From a virus, in the IMG/VR virus record IMGVR_UViG_3300003323_001359, positions 1 to 64,000 of that record: a DNA stretch of 64,000 nucleotides. One strand, 5' to 3'. Positions 35,921-46,274 of this stretch are shown one piece after another (position 1 is the first letter of the stretch; each line of letters begins with the position of its first letter). The position numbers and the translations under genes were made by a program. Below the pieces are notes generated by a model, which saw only the letters and a list, made by a program, of their open reading frames with translations, ran no database searches and was not told where the DNA came from.

Positions 35921-36354
35921 TGTCGTACGTCCACGTGCTCGGCCTTCACCGGGTCGGGCGCTCTCGGCGTGCGCGGGACACCCACCACGGCAGGCTCGGC
36001 ATCCGTCGCGGCGCCCGTCACCGGCAGGCGAGCCGCCACAACCGCGGTCACGCGCTCCGTCGGATCCACCGGCGCTCCCACCACCTGCACCGCGTCGCCG
36101 GCCACGCGCACCCACACCGCGGCAGCCACGTCAAGCACGCGTTCACGCACCGCGTCGTCCGTCAGCACTACACGCGGAAGAAGCACGAGGAGAAGAAGCG
36201 TCGACGCGCCGCGCACGTCACGCGGCACCGCGCCCACTACACCAAGCGCCGCGTCGTCAAGCGCGGGTTCCACCACGTCAAGCACTCGCACGTGGTTCAC
36301 CACGCGCACCGGCACCACCGTGGGTACCACGGGCACCGTCGTCGACGGCACTGA
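35920..36354 (+). CDS. His/Arg-rich protamine-like protein
   Basis: About 34 His, 35 Arg, 8 Lys and 3 acidic residues in 144 aa; GC3-rich codons in this frame; GTG shares the G of the upstream TAG and the ORF fills the gap. Confidence 0.65.
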   Translation: MSYVHVLGLHRVGRSRRARDTHHGRLGIRRGARHRQASRHNRGHALRRIHRRSHHLHRVAGHAHPHRGSHVKHAFTHRVVRQHYTRKKHEEKKRRRAAHVTRHRAHYTKRRVVKRGFHHVKHSHVVHHAHRHHRGYHGHRRRRH

Positions 36355-36370
36355 GGGGAGGCGCTGAGCC

Positions 36371-36889
36371 GTGCCGATCAACTCCACCCAGGTCTACGTC
36401 AACAACCTGCTCAACGGCATGGCATGGCCGATCCCCAACCTTCCCAACCTGCAGTGCCAGATCACGCCGCCCGACCCGAACGTGGACGCCGAGATTCCCC
36501 AGGCGTACGTCTGGCCGTCCCGGGGTCGTGAGGACCGCAACCCCACCAGGGGCGGCACGATCCCCCGCGCCACCACGGCCAACGGCCCCTCCGGCCTCAA
36601 GACGCAGCAGCACCGTCTCAGCATCTACCTCGTGTGGTGGGGCCAGGACGACGACCCGGACTCCGACACGCTCTTCCCCGGCATGGTCGACGCGGTCATG
36701 GAGACCCTCCGCATCTCCGCCGACCCCACCGACGTCCTCACCGACCCGTGGAGCGGCCGGCAGAGCTACCTGATCGACGTCGGCGAGAACATGGACTACC
36801 AGATCACCGTCCGCGCCGTCATCGACCAGCGCTACAACCGCTACGACGCCGAGATCACCTGCGTCATCAACGAGGTGTTCGCGGCCTAG
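36371..36889 (+). CDS. Tail terminator-like protein
   Basis: Position before the major tail protein; size. Confidence 0.6.
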   Translation: MPINSTQVYVNNLLNGMAWPIPNLPNLQCQITPPDPNVDAEIPQAYVWPSRGREDRNPTRGGTIPRATTANGPSGLKTQQHRLSIYLVWWGQDDDPDSDTLFPGMVDAVMETLRISADPTDVLTDPWSGRQSYLIDVGENMDYQITVRAVIDQRYNRYDAEITCVINEVFAA

Positions 36890-36956
36890 TGAAGAGGAGC
36901 CGTGTGACCTCAGCCTCGGAGCGCGCCGCGCTCACCGTCTCAAGTGGAGGAGCTCG

Positions 36957-38183
36957 ATGAGCAACGTCCCTTCCTTCGTGTCGCCCTCCACCAAGACCTG
37001 GCTGGGGATCGCGCGCGAGGTCACCGTCGGCACGCCCGTCATGCCGACCGTCACGATCCCCCTCGACAAGGGAACCTACGAGCCCGAGGACCTCATCAAG
37101 TACCTCCCCGATGAGGCCATCCGTGGCTCCATGGCCCTGATCTACCAGGAGATCCAGGGCGTTGAGGACTCCACCTTCAACTACGGTGGCCCGGTCTTCG
37201 GTGACGTCTACGGCTTCTTCCTCGACAACGCGTTCGGTGACCTGTCCACCAGCGGCCAGCCCGCCGCCGGCGCGAGCTCGAACACCTCGGCCGCGTCCTC
37301 CGCCGGCAACACCAACGTCACCGTCGCGTCCACCGCCGGCTTCGTGGCCGGCCAGAACGTGCAGATCGACTCTGGCACCTCGGCTGAGGTGGTCAAGCTC
37401 TCCGCCGCCGCCGGCAACTCGATCACGTTCACCGGCTATCCCCTGCGGTTCAACCACGCCAACAACGTCACGGTCCAGACCGTGTCCGGCAGCTACACGC
37501 ACCGGTTCAACATCCTCAACTCCGGCACGGGGCAGCCACCGACGCACACCGCGACCGACTACACCGCCCTGACTACCACGGTCGGTGCGCGCTCCTACCC
37601 CAGCCTCTGCGTCAGTCAGCTCGACTTCACCGGCAGCGCCGAGGCCCTGTTCATGGCCAAGGTGTCCGGCAACGCCTGGATCAGCGCCCCCGCGGCGTCC
37701 ACGCCCACCGCGTCCACGAGCTTCACCGTGCCGATCCCGGCGTGGCGAACCAACATCACCATCGGCTCGTCCGCGATCTACGACATCGGTCAGTGGTCGC
37801 TCGCGATCAAGCGGACGCTGCAGGTCTACTGGACCAACCAGGGCTTCCAGAACCCGTACATCATCGCCCGCGGCCCGCTCGACGCGACCGGCACGCTGAA
37901 CTTCTCGGTCGCCTACGACGAGACCGCCCTGCTTCAGTTCCTGAACAACACGCAGCCCGCCGTGGTCATCAACGTCGACAACGGCCTCTCCGGCACGAGC
38001 CACATCAACTACACCTTCGTGATGGCGCAGGCCGCGTTCGTCAAGTCGAAGATCACTCGCTCGGGCGTGCTGGTCGGCTACGACGACGAGATCCAAGCCG
38101 TCGCCAACACGTCCAACAGCGGCGGCTCCGGCGGCCTCGGTCCCATCACCGTCATCGTCACCAACAACTACGCGCCGTACTAG
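36957..38183 (+). CDS. Major tail (tube) protein with S/T-rich insertion
   Basis: WLGIARE.T.GTP, DEAIRGS; position before the chaperones. Confidence 0.8.
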   Translation: MSNVPSFVSPSTKTWLGIAREVTVGTPVMPTVTIPLDKGTYEPEDLIKYLPDEAIRGSMALIYQEIQGVEDSTFNYGGPVFGDVYGFFLDNAFGDLSTSGQPAAGASSNTSAASSAGNTNVTVASTAGFVAGQNVQIDSGTSAEVVKLSAAAGNSITFTGYPLRFNHANNVTVQTVSGSYTHRFNILNSGTGQPPTHTATDYTALTTTVGARSYPSLCVSQLDFTGSAEALFMAKVSGNAWISAPAASTPTASTSFTVPIPAWRTNITIGSSAIYDIGQWSLAIKRTLQVYWTNQGFQNPYIIARGPLDATGTLNFSVAYDETALLQFLNNTQPAVVINVDNGLSGTSHINYTFVMAQAAFVKSKITRSGVLVGYDDEIQAVANTSNSGGSGGLGPITVIVTNNYAPY

Positions 38184-38195
38184 GTCGGAGGAGCT

Positions 38196-38525
38196 ATGAA
38201 GGTCGAGCTGCCCAGCGGCAACTGGGTTGAGCTGCGGGACAACCTCAAGGGACGCGACCGCACGGCGGTCAACGCGGTGCTGCGCATCCGGGTCCGCACG
38301 GGTGAGCAGCAGGAGCGCGAGCAGGAGGTCGGCGCCGACGTGTCCGACCGCATGCACGACACCCTGCTCGCGAACCTGATCACGCTGTGGTCGTTCGAGC
38401 GGCCCATCCCCAGCTCGCAGGGCGGCGCCGACGCGGTGGCTGACCTCGACATCGACGACTACCACGAGCTTCACTCGCGGACCGAGGACCTCCTGCAGAG
38501 GGTGACCGCCAAGTCCCCAAACTGA
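38196..38525 (+). CDS. Tail assembly chaperone (gpG-like)
   Basis: Between the tail tube and tape measure genes; ends in a slippery site. Confidence 0.8.
   Translation: MKVELPSGNWVELRDNLKGRDRTAVNAVLRIRVRTGEQQEREQEVGADVSDRMHDTLLANLITLWSFERPIPSSQGGADAVADLDIDDYHELHSRTEDLLQRVTAKSPN
38516..38522 (+). other. -1 programmed frameshift site C CCA AAC
   Basis: XXXYYYZ in the correct phase; the -1 frame is open and joins ORF 38597-38782 (GWTPDQVGDL). Confidence 0.8.
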
Positions 38526-38782
38526 GGGACACCCGTCGCCGGCTCGTCGCGTTCTTCCTCAGTCAGGGCGCGCAGGAGGTTCCTCTTCCCGAGGGCATGC
38601 CGGAACGGGTGCTCATCCACCGCTGGTTCGCAGCCACGTACGGCTGGACCCCGGACCAGGTCGGCGACCTGGATCTCGACGACCTGCTGTGGCTGCCGGT
38701 CATCGAGGAGGCGGCGCACGAGGCGCAGGAGTTCCTCAGCAAGCAGAACGCGAAGGCGAGCCAGGGACCGAGAAGGGGGTAG
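38522..38782 (+). CDS. Tail assembly chaperone frameshift extension (gpT-like)
   Basis: Open -1 frame ending at TAG 38782. Confidence 0.75.
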   Translation: MRDTRRRLVAFFLSQGAQEVPLPEGMPERVLIHRWFAATYGWTPDQVGDLDLDDLLWLPVIEEAAHEAQEFLSKQNAKASQGPRRG

Positions 38783-38784
38783 CC

Positions 38785-39210
38785 GTGGCAACGAGCGGTG
38801 CCCGAGGCGCGATCGACGCCCTCGGTCTGATCATGACCGCCGGTGCCGCCGCGGCGACCCCCGCCGCGGAGGCGATGGGTGAGGCTGTGGCCCGCGAGGC
38901 TCGCTCGCAGCTCAGCCGGTCCTCCCACCCGCCGGGAACACCCACCACGTCGATGCCTGGGTCGCCGCCGGCGACGGTGACCGGCCGACTGCGGGACAGC
39001 GTCGAGGTGAGGGTGATCGGTGAGGGCGCCGTGCAGGTCGGCGCGACCGCTCCCTACGCGCGGATCCAGGAGCTCGGCGGCACGTCGGGGCGCGGTGGGG
39101 CGACCGAGCTGCCGTCGCGGCCCTACCTGATCCCGGCGTGGGAGATCGCCGGCAGCGAGGCGTACGAGGTCGCGCTCGAGGTCATCCGGGAGGCGGTGAG
39201 CCGTGGCTGA
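38785..39210 (+). CDS. HK97 gp10-like neck/tail completion protein
   Basis: PGSPP..TGRLRDS, PYARIQELGG, PSRPYLIPA. Confidence 0.8.
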   Translation: MATSGARGAIDALGLIMTAGAAAATPAAEAMGEAVAREARSQLSRSSHPPGTPTTSMPGSPPATVTGRLRDSVEVRVIGEGAVQVGATAPYARIQELGGTSGRGGATELPSRPYLIPAWEIAGSEAYEVALEVIREAVSRG

Positions 39211-42154
39211 GGAGCTGCCTCCCGCGATCCTCGACCTGATCGTCAACACGGCGCAGTGGCTCGAGGGGATGCAGACCTCGATCGCGTCGCTCGAGGAGCT
39301 CGACGCCTCCATCCTCGAGACGACCGACGTCGTCGCGACCTTCACGGAGGCGCTCACCGCCGGTGCCACCGACATCGCGATCGCGATGGATGAGGCCGCG
39401 GTCGCGATGGATGAGGCGATGACCAGCATCGCCGCGGCCGCCGACGAGGCGGCGGCCGCGATGGAGCGCCTGGGGGTAGCGGCCGACTCAGCCGCCGCCT
39501 CCCAGGATGCCGCGGCCGTCTCATCCAAGGAGATGGCCGCGAGCAGCGCTGAGTCGAGCAGCGCCATGGGCAGCATCGCCGACGAGGTCGGCCGGCTGGC
39601 TGAGAAGGCCGCCCTCGCCGTCGCCGCGGTCGGCACGACCAGCCTCATCATGGCCGGTGACTTCCAGGCGTCCGTCACGCGGCTCGTCACGAGCGCGGGC
39701 GAGTCCTCGCAGGCGATCGGGTCGCTCAGCCAGGGGCTGATCGACATGTCCACGAAGGTGGGCTTCACGGCCAACGAGATGGCGAAGGCGATGTACCCCA
39801 TCGAGTCCGCCGGCTACCACGCGGCGGACGGCCTCAAGGTGATGCAGGCGGCCGCGCAGGGAGCCAAGGACGAGGGCGCCGACCTGAGCCACGTCGCCGA
39901 CGCCGTCACCACCGTGCTACGGGACTACAACCTGGGAGCCGACCAGGCCGCCGACGTCACGAGCAAGATGGTCACCGCGATCTCCTTCGGCAAGACCAAC
40001 TTCGACGCGTTCTCCAAGTCCCTCGCGACCGTGCTGCCCATCGCTGAGTCGGTGGGCCTGAGCTTCCAGGACGTCGCGACCGTGGAGGCCGCGATGACCG
40101 CGAAGGGCACGACGGCCCAGCGAGCGGCGCAGGACGTCGCCGCCGCGATCAAGAGCCTCATCGCGCCCACCACGCAGATGACCAAGGAGTTCACCGCCCT
40201 CGGCATCACGAGTGACCAGGTGCAGCAGCACCTCGGCAAGGACGGCCTGGCGGCCACCCTCGAGTGGCTGCGTCAGGTCGCGGAGAAGAACGCCGCCGCG
40301 GTGGGGCAGACCGTGCCGGAGGCGATGAAGAAGCTGATCGGCACGTCGCCGGGCCTGCAGGCCGCCCTCGAGACGACCGGCGGCGCCGCCGACGCCCTGT
40401 CCGAGGCGATCAAGAAGGTCGGCGGCGCGACCGCCGACGCGCAGGGCGACGTCATCGGTTTCTCCGAGGTGCAGGGAAACCTCAGCTTCCAGTTCGACCG
40501 GTTCAAGGCTCAGCTCGAGGCGGTCGCGATCAGCATCGGCAACATGATGATGCCGTCAATGATCAAGCTGCTGAACCTGCTCGAGAGCGCGTTCCAGTCG
40601 ATGTCGAAGAACACGGACATCGGCGAGGGGTTCAAGGCGGTCATCGACTCGATCGGTGAGGCGTTCGCGGCGCTCAAGCCGATCTTCGCGCCGCTCGCGG
40701 CGTCCTTCAAGGACCTGATGGAGGTTCTCGGCCCGCTGCTCGTCGACGCCCTCAAGCTGATCGCGCCCACCCTCGCCGTCAACATCCAGGCCTTCGACGA
40801 CCTGCTCAAGGCGATCAAGCCGCTGCTTCCCGTCATCGGTCAGATGACGGAGGTCGTCGGCAAGGGGCTCGGCGAGTCCTTCAAGCAGGTCTGGGACGCG
40901 ATCAAGCCGCTGCTTCCCGAGATCACCAAGCTCTTTCTCGCGATCGAGAAGGGAATCATCGCCACCGTTCCCATTCTCGCCAACTTCATCACCGGCATCA
41001 TTCACACCATCGAGTGGATCGACAAGTTCGCGCGAAAGCTGTCGGACGCGTCGGCAGCCATCGGCCGCTGGATCGAGGACATCCCCAACAAGATCCGTCG
41101 CATGGTCGAGGAGGTCGGCCGGTACATCTCGGACCAGTGGAACAAGGCCATGGAGGGCCTGAAGTCCACGGCTCGTACCACCGTTTCCAACGTGACGTCG
41201 CTGTTCACGAACCTCCCGGAGAAGATCGGGTACGCGCTCGGTCAGATCGCCGGAACCGTCGTAAGGGAGAGCATCAAGATCGGCGTGAACCTCGAGAACG
41301 GCGTGAAGACCGGCGCGCAGCGCGTCGTCAAGTTCTTCGGCTCGGACCTGCCGAACAGCATCCTGCGAGCCATGTCCGACGCCGGCACCTGGATGATCAC
41401 TACCGGCAATGACATCCTGAGGGGGCTGCTGGACGGCATCAAGACGGCGGCAACAGCCGTTGTGAAGTGGTTCGTGAACCTGCCCAACGTGATCCGAAAC
41501 CTCGTCAGCGACGCCTATCACTGGCTCGCTAAGACCGGTCAGGACCTGGTTCAGGGCCTCATCGACGGCATCATCAAGAAGCTGGGAGACGTCGTGAACG
41601 CCATGACCGGCGGCAGCAGCGTCAAGAGCTCGGTGACGCACCCGATGTCCGACGCCTACAACTGGCTCGTTCGCTCTGGCTCCGACATCGTCCACGGTCT
41701 TTGGTCCGGCATGGTGAACTCGTTCAACTGGCTCATGAGGAACATCTCCAACTTCGCGAACAGCGTCAAGCAGGGCTTCATGGACGCTCTTCACATCAAC
41801 TCACCGTCGAAGGTGATGGCCGACGTCGTCGGCGTCGGCATCGTGGAGGGCATCGCTCAGGGCATGACCGACAACGTGGACATCGTTCACCGCGCGATCG
41901 GCACCGTGAAGACCTCGATCCTGAGCGGTTTCGGCGGCGTCGGCGTCACGCCGGCCGGTCTCGGCATCCCCGTGGGCGCCGCCGGCATCGGCCTCGGCGG
42001 TGCCGGCGGCGGCCTGCTCGTGATCAACAACAACATCCAGGGAACGGTCGTCGCGGAGAAGCAGATCCGAGAGATCAACCAGACCCAGACCCTTCGCTAC
42101 AACCTGCGCAACCCGACGAACGGGCTGTCGCTCTTCGGTCGAGGGAGCGCCTGA
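39203..42154 (+). CDS. Tape measure protein
   Basis: Long Ala-rich helical protein, TP901-like core, LHINSPSKVM. Confidence 0.93.
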   Translation: MAEELPPAILDLIVNTAQWLEGMQTSIASLEELDASILETTDVVATFTEALTAGATDIAIAMDEAAVAMDEAMTSIAAAADEAAAAMERLGVAADSAAASQDAAAVSSKEMAASSAESSSAMGSIADEVGRLAEKAALAVAAVGTTSLIMAGDFQASVTRLVTSAGESSQAIGSLSQGLIDMSTKVGFTANEMAKAMYPIESAGYHAADGLKVMQAAAQGAKDEGADLSHVADAVTTVLRDYNLGADQAADVTSKMVTAISFGKTNFDAFSKSLATVLPIAESVGLSFQDVATVEAAMTAKGTTAQRAAQDVAAAIKSLIAPTTQMTKEFTALGITSDQVQQHLGKDGLAATLEWLRQVAEKNAAAVGQTVPEAMKKLIGTSPGLQAALETTGGAADALSEAIKKVGGATADAQGDVIGFSEVQGNLSFQFDRFKAQLEAVAISIGNMMMPSMIKLLNLLESAFQSMSKNTDIGEGFKAVIDSIGEAFAALKPIFAPLAASFKDLMEVLGPLLVDALKLIAPTLAVNIQAFDDLLKAIKPLLPVIGQMTEVVGKGLGESFKQVWDAIKPLLPEITKLFLAIEKGIIATVPILANFITGIIHTIEWIDKFARKLSDASAAIGRWIEDIPNKIRRMVEEVGRYISDQWNKAMEGLKSTARTTVSNVTSLFTNLPEKIGYALGQIAGTVVRESIKIGVNLENGVKTGAQRVVKFFGSDLPNSILRAMSDAGTWMITTGNDILRGLLDGIKTAATAVVKWFVNLPNVIRNLVSDAYHWLAKTGQDLVQGLIDGIIKKLGDVVNAMTGGSSVKSSVTHPMSDAYNWLVRSGSDIVHGLWSGMVNSFNWLMRNISNFANSVKQGFMDALHINSPSKVMADVVGVGIVEGIAQGMTDNVDIVHRAIGTVKTSILSGFGGVGVTPAGLGIPVGAAGIGLGGAGGGLLVINNNIQGTVVAEKQIREINQTQTLRYNLRNPTNGLSLFGRGSA

Positions 42155-45100
42155 TGGCCCCGATCCTCACCAACATCTACTCCGGGTCGTGGACCACCTC
42201 CGACACCTACTCCACCACGCAGCCCAGCAACCAGATGGTCAACATCGCGGTCAGCAGCATCACGGGCGGCAACTGGCTGCTGGCGTTCGTGGGATGGCAC
42301 GAGGTGGCGCAGCTGCCGACCACGGTCAGCGTCGGCGACGACGCCAGCAACTACTGGGTCCCCATCGCCACGTCACCCGTGTCACCCACGAGCCAGACGT
42401 TCCTGCTCAACCAGAACTACAGCTTTCAGAGCGGTACGACCACCGGCTGGACCGCGAGCCACGGCACGCTGTCGGTCGCGACGACCAACACCTACGGCAA
42501 CAACGCGTACGTGGGCAAGGTCGTCAACAACGGGACGAGCTCCACGGTCTCCGTCACCACGGGTGCCGTCAACGTCAGCAACATCCGATACAACCTGATC
42601 ACCGGCAGCGCCTACGTCTGGTTCACGAGCGGTGAGTCACACGCCCACGTCGACCTGAGCTGGTTCGACGCCGGTGGCTCCCTGATCTCGACGGTCACGG
42701 GAACCGACAACGTCATCCCCGCGGCCACGTGGACCAACATCACGACCAACGCGAAGGCACCCGCGAGCGCCGTGACCGCGAAGATGGCCGTGGTCGCCGG
42801 CGGCACCCCCAGCGCGGCCAACGTGTGGTACCTGTCGAACGCGGGCATCCTCGAGCAGACCGTTCTCAACAACAACCCGTTCTTCACGCTCAACAACCCC
42901 ATGACCGGGTGGACGGGAACCAACGCGACGTTCACGTCCAGCACCGCGGAGACGCTGAGCAACCTTCCCTCCCTTCGGGTCTCGCCCAGCGGCACCCCCA
43001 GCCAGGTGTCGCTGACCACCGCGTCCACGGACCTGGTCGGCATCCTGCCGTTCCTCTACTACACGGGGAACGCCTACCTCTACGCGCCGGCCGGCTACTA
43101 CTACGTGTGCTCGTCGCTCAGCTGGTACGACGGCTCCAAGACGCTCATCTCGACAACCTACTCCAACAACTCGTACGTGCCGCCGGGGGAGTGGACGCAG
43201 GTCACCGTCGTGGGTCAGGCGCCGTCCAACGCCGCCTTCGTGGGCGTCGGCTTCACCATGTTCAGCAACCCACGGTCGTGGGACACCCTGTACGCGTCCC
43301 AGGTGACGCTGGTGCCCAACGGCGGGTTCAGCTCCTCGTCACGGTGCGCGATCTGGGCCGCTCCCAACATCTCCGCCACGACGAAGCAGGTGTCCATCGC
43401 GCCGCTCGGTCAGGTCACCGGCATGGCCGCCGAGCTGTGGCAGGTCAGCGGCATGCCCTCGTGGCTCGACGTCGACACCGTCACGGGCACGTTCGCCCTG
43501 TCCTCAGCGACCGGCCTGACCATCACGCCCTCGCAGAGCGACCTCCTGATCTCGCTCGGCGCGAGCAACGAGGTGCTTCAGTGGACGCTCGACCAGAGCA
43601 ACCTCAACGGCTGGGACGCGTACGGCAAGCACTGGGTCTACGAGACCAACACGGTCGACACCGTCGGCGACGTCAGCGTCAACATCGCGGCGCAGGTCAC
43701 GAGCGGCGGCAACCTGTCGCGGATCTACTCGGTCAACCCCCTCAACAACAACCCCGTCTTCGCTCCCGGCGTGTCCGGCTGGAGCGTGACCAACTCCACC
43801 CTCACCGCGGTCAGCGGCACGTCGTGGCCCAAGAACGGCTACGACCCCCGGCTCACCTCGAACAACGTCGCGCGGTGGACGCCCAACGGCACCAGCAGCT
43901 CGTGCACCATCCAGGTCGCCACCAGCGCCGCCCCCTCGATCACACCCGGCCTGGTCTATCAGGCGGACGCCTACCTGCTCACCGGCAATAACCTAGCCTG
44001 GAACGGCTACACGATCTCGATCGTGTTCCTCAACTCCAGCCGCGTCGCGATCTCCTCCGCGACCAGCGCCTCCTTCAGCACGATCGCCGGCACCTGGACC
44101 AACACGTTCGTCACCGGGGTCGCGCCCAGCGCCGCCGCCTACGCCCTCGTGCGCGTCACCCAGAACGGCACGCCGCCCACGAGCGCCTTCACGAGCGTCG
44201 GCCGAGGCACCGTGACGCAGCAGAACGGCGTCACCATCTGCGACAGCGCGGTTCTCGCCGCGATCCGCCTGACCCCGCAGAACCAGCCCGCGACCGTCAA
44301 CTCGAACTGGCCCTACGTCAAGCTCGAGGCCGCGTTCGGCTACCCCTCAAGCACCCCACCCGACCAGCTGCAGTACGTCGACATCTCCAACCGCCTGCTG
44401 TCCTTCTCCCTCAAGCGTGGCCGTCAGTACGAGCTCAACTCGCTCGAGGCCGGCGAGGTCGACTTCGTGCTGCGCAACGACGACGGCTACCTCACGCAGG
44501 GCAACGCGGCGAGCCCCTACAGCATCCAGACCTACACCCCGATCCGGATCACCGCCCTCTGGAACGGCAAGATCTACCCCGTGTTCACCGGCTTCATGGA
44601 GCGGTGGCCGGAGAAGTGGACCGACCCTCACTGGGGCGAGATCAACGCCGTCGGCGTCGACTGCTGGGCCATGTTCGCCGGCATCCTGCCGAGCATCGTG
44701 AAGGGTGAGCGCCTGCTCGACATGCCGTTCGGGTACTGGCCGTGCGGCGACGGCAACAGCTCGACGACCGCGGTCAACATCGGCCTCAGCGGCAACTCCA
44801 CGCCGCTCACCCTCGTCGAGTCCGTGAACGGTGCCGGTGCCGGCGTGCCGGCGTTCGGCAACAACCTCGTCGAGCTCGTCGGCGACGCGGGAACCAACTG
44901 GGCCCTGACCGGCCTGCTGTCCAGCGAGGGAAGCAAGGGCTTTACCCTCACCTACAACGGGCCGCCGCTGCCGCCCATCAACCAGGGCGTGTGCGTCACC
45001 TGGTGGATGCGGATCCCCTACCCCGGTGGCCCCGTCACCACCAACGCGCGCACCGCGATCTTCACCGCGATCGGTCAGATCAGTCCCATCATCCAGGTGT

Positions 45101-46263
45101 GGATGGATCCCGGCACCGGCATCCACGTCTCCACGTGGAACACCGCGGGCGCCAAGACCGACCACGTTCCCAGCAGCTCGTTCGGCTACGCCAACCAGAC
45201 CGTGCCGATGATGCTCAACTTCAGCAGCACGGGCTACACGCTGTACATCGGCAACGTCGAGACGCTCACCGGCACCGACACGATGGCCACGAACTGGTCC
45301 TACTTCAGCTTCGCGGGTCGCGCCGACCGCTTCGAATCCGGCTACTTCGCGAACATGGGGATCAGCCACGTCGCCGTGTTCCCCCGCCAGCTGAGCTTCT
45401 CTCGCCTCGTCACCTACAACTACACCGGCATCAACGCGATGGCCGGTGACTTCGGCGACTGGCGCGTGTCGCGCTACCTCTCCTACATGCTGTGGCCGGT
45501 GCCGCACCGGGTCTACTACGACTCGTTGACCGGCCAGCTCTCCGGTGCGACCAACATCGAGGGAGCCGGCGTCGCCGCCGCGATCAACGACGTCGCCCAG
45601 ACCGAGCAGGCGCTCCTGTACGTCGACAAGAACGGCTACATGGCCTACCGGACGCGTAGCCACGCGCTCGACCGTGGCGTGCAGGCGACGTTCGGCGAGA
45701 ACACCGCCGCCGGCGAGATCCCCTACCTCGTCGACCTCGAGCTCGACTACGACCCACAGTACGTCTACAACGACATCCAGGTGACGCACAAGGGCACCCC
45801 CGCCTTCGGCAGCACCACGGTCAGCAGCCCCGTCATCTACGTCAAGAACCTCAGCTCGATCAACCAGAACGGTGACCGAAGCCAGCAGCTGACGAGCCTC
45901 TTCAGCGACGTCACCCAGTCGATCGACCTCGCGAACTGGCTCGGCAACCAGTACGCCATCGCCCGGCAGCGGGTGCAGCAGGTCACGTTCACCCCGGGCA
46001 GCAACCCCGCCTACTTCGCGACCCTGCTTCAGCTCGACGTCGGCGACCGCGTGACCCTCAACCGGCGGCCGGTCGGCGCGAGCGCGATCAGCCTCGACGT
46101 CATGATCATCGGTGTGCACCACGACGTCGAGTACGCCTCCGGAAAGTGGGCGATCACCTTCGACCTCATGCCCACCTCCGCGGCGTCCCTGACGGTGACC
46201 GGCCTGACCCTCAACGACGCGACGCTCGGCAAGCTCGACGCCGGCAACGTCTTCACCTGGTAG
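42154..46263 (+). CDS. Large minor tail protein (carbohydrate-binding repeats, LamG-like and hub domains)
   Basis: Three N..F...GW CBM-like repeats; RGRQYEL, PVFTGFMERW, YNDIQV, LDVGDRV. Confidence 0.8.
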   Translation: MAPILTNIYSGSWTTSDTYSTTQPSNQMVNIAVSSITGGNWLLAFVGWHEVAQLPTTVSVGDDASNYWVPIATSPVSPTSQTFLLNQNYSFQSGTTTGWTASHGTLSVATTNTYGNNAYVGKVVNNGTSSTVSVTTGAVNVSNIRYNLITGSAYVWFTSGESHAHVDLSWFDAGGSLISTVTGTDNVIPAATWTNITTNAKAPASAVTAKMAVVAGGTPSAANVWYLSNAGILEQTVLNNNPFFTLNNPMTGWTGTNATFTSSTAETLSNLPSLRVSPSGTPSQVSLTTASTDLVGILPFLYYTGNAYLYAPAGYYYVCSSLSWYDGSKTLISTTYSNNSYVPPGEWTQVTVVGQAPSNAAFVGVGFTMFSNPRSWDTLYASQVTLVPNGGFSSSSRCAIWAAPNISATTKQVSIAPLGQVTGMAAELWQVSGMPSWLDVDTVTGTFALSSATGLTITPSQSDLLISLGASNEVLQWTLDQSNLNGWDAYGKHWVYETNTVDTVGDVSVNIAAQVTSGGNLSRIYSVNPLNNNPVFAPGVSGWSVTNSTLTAVSGTSWPKNGYDPRLTSNNVARWTPNGTSSSCTIQVATSAAPSITPGLVYQADAYLLTGNNLAWNGYTISIVFLNSSRVAISSATSASFSTIAGTWTNTFVTGVAPSAAAYALVRVTQNGTPPTSAFTSVGRGTVTQQNGVTICDSAVLAAIRLTPQNQPATVNSNWPYVKLEAAFGYPSSTPPDQLQYVDISNRLLSFSLKRGRQYELNSLEAGEVDFVLRNDDGYLTQGNAASPYSIQTYTPIRITALWNGKIYPVFTGFMERWPEKWTDPHWGEINAVGVDCWAMFAGILPSIVKGERLLDMPFGYWPCGDGNSSTTAVNIGLSGNSTPLTLVESVNGAGAGVPAFGNNLVELVGDAGTNWALTGLLSSEGSKGFTLTYNGPPLPPINQGVCVTWWMRIPYPGGPVTTNARTAIFTAIGQISPIIQVWMDPGTGIHVSTWNTAGAKTDHVPSSSFGYANQTVPMMLNFSSTGYTLYIGNVETLTGTDTMATNWSYFSFAGRADRFESGYFANMGISHVAVFPRQLSFSRLVTYNYTGINAMAGDFGDWRVSRYLSYMLWPVPHRVYYDSLTGQLSGATNIEGAGVAAAINDVAQTEQALLYVDKNGYMAYRTRSHALDRGVQATFGENTAAGEIPYLVDLELDYDPQYVYNDIQVTHKGTPAFGSTTVSSPVIYVKNLSSINQNGDRSQQLTSLFSDVTQSIDLANWLGNQYAIARQRVQQVTFTPGSNPAYFATLLQLDVGDRVTLNRRPVGASAISLDVMIIGVHHDVEYASGKWAITFDLMPTSAASLTVTGLTLNDATLGKLDAGNVFTW

Positions 46264-46274
46264 GAGAGACCCAC

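Noticed and set aside
35917-36387. Alternative ORFs 35969-36367 (+) and 35917-36387 (-) over the His/Arg gene
   Set aside because: The T/S/A-rich + frame has a poorer third-position pattern and no coupling to the upstream stop; the - frame opposes the operon
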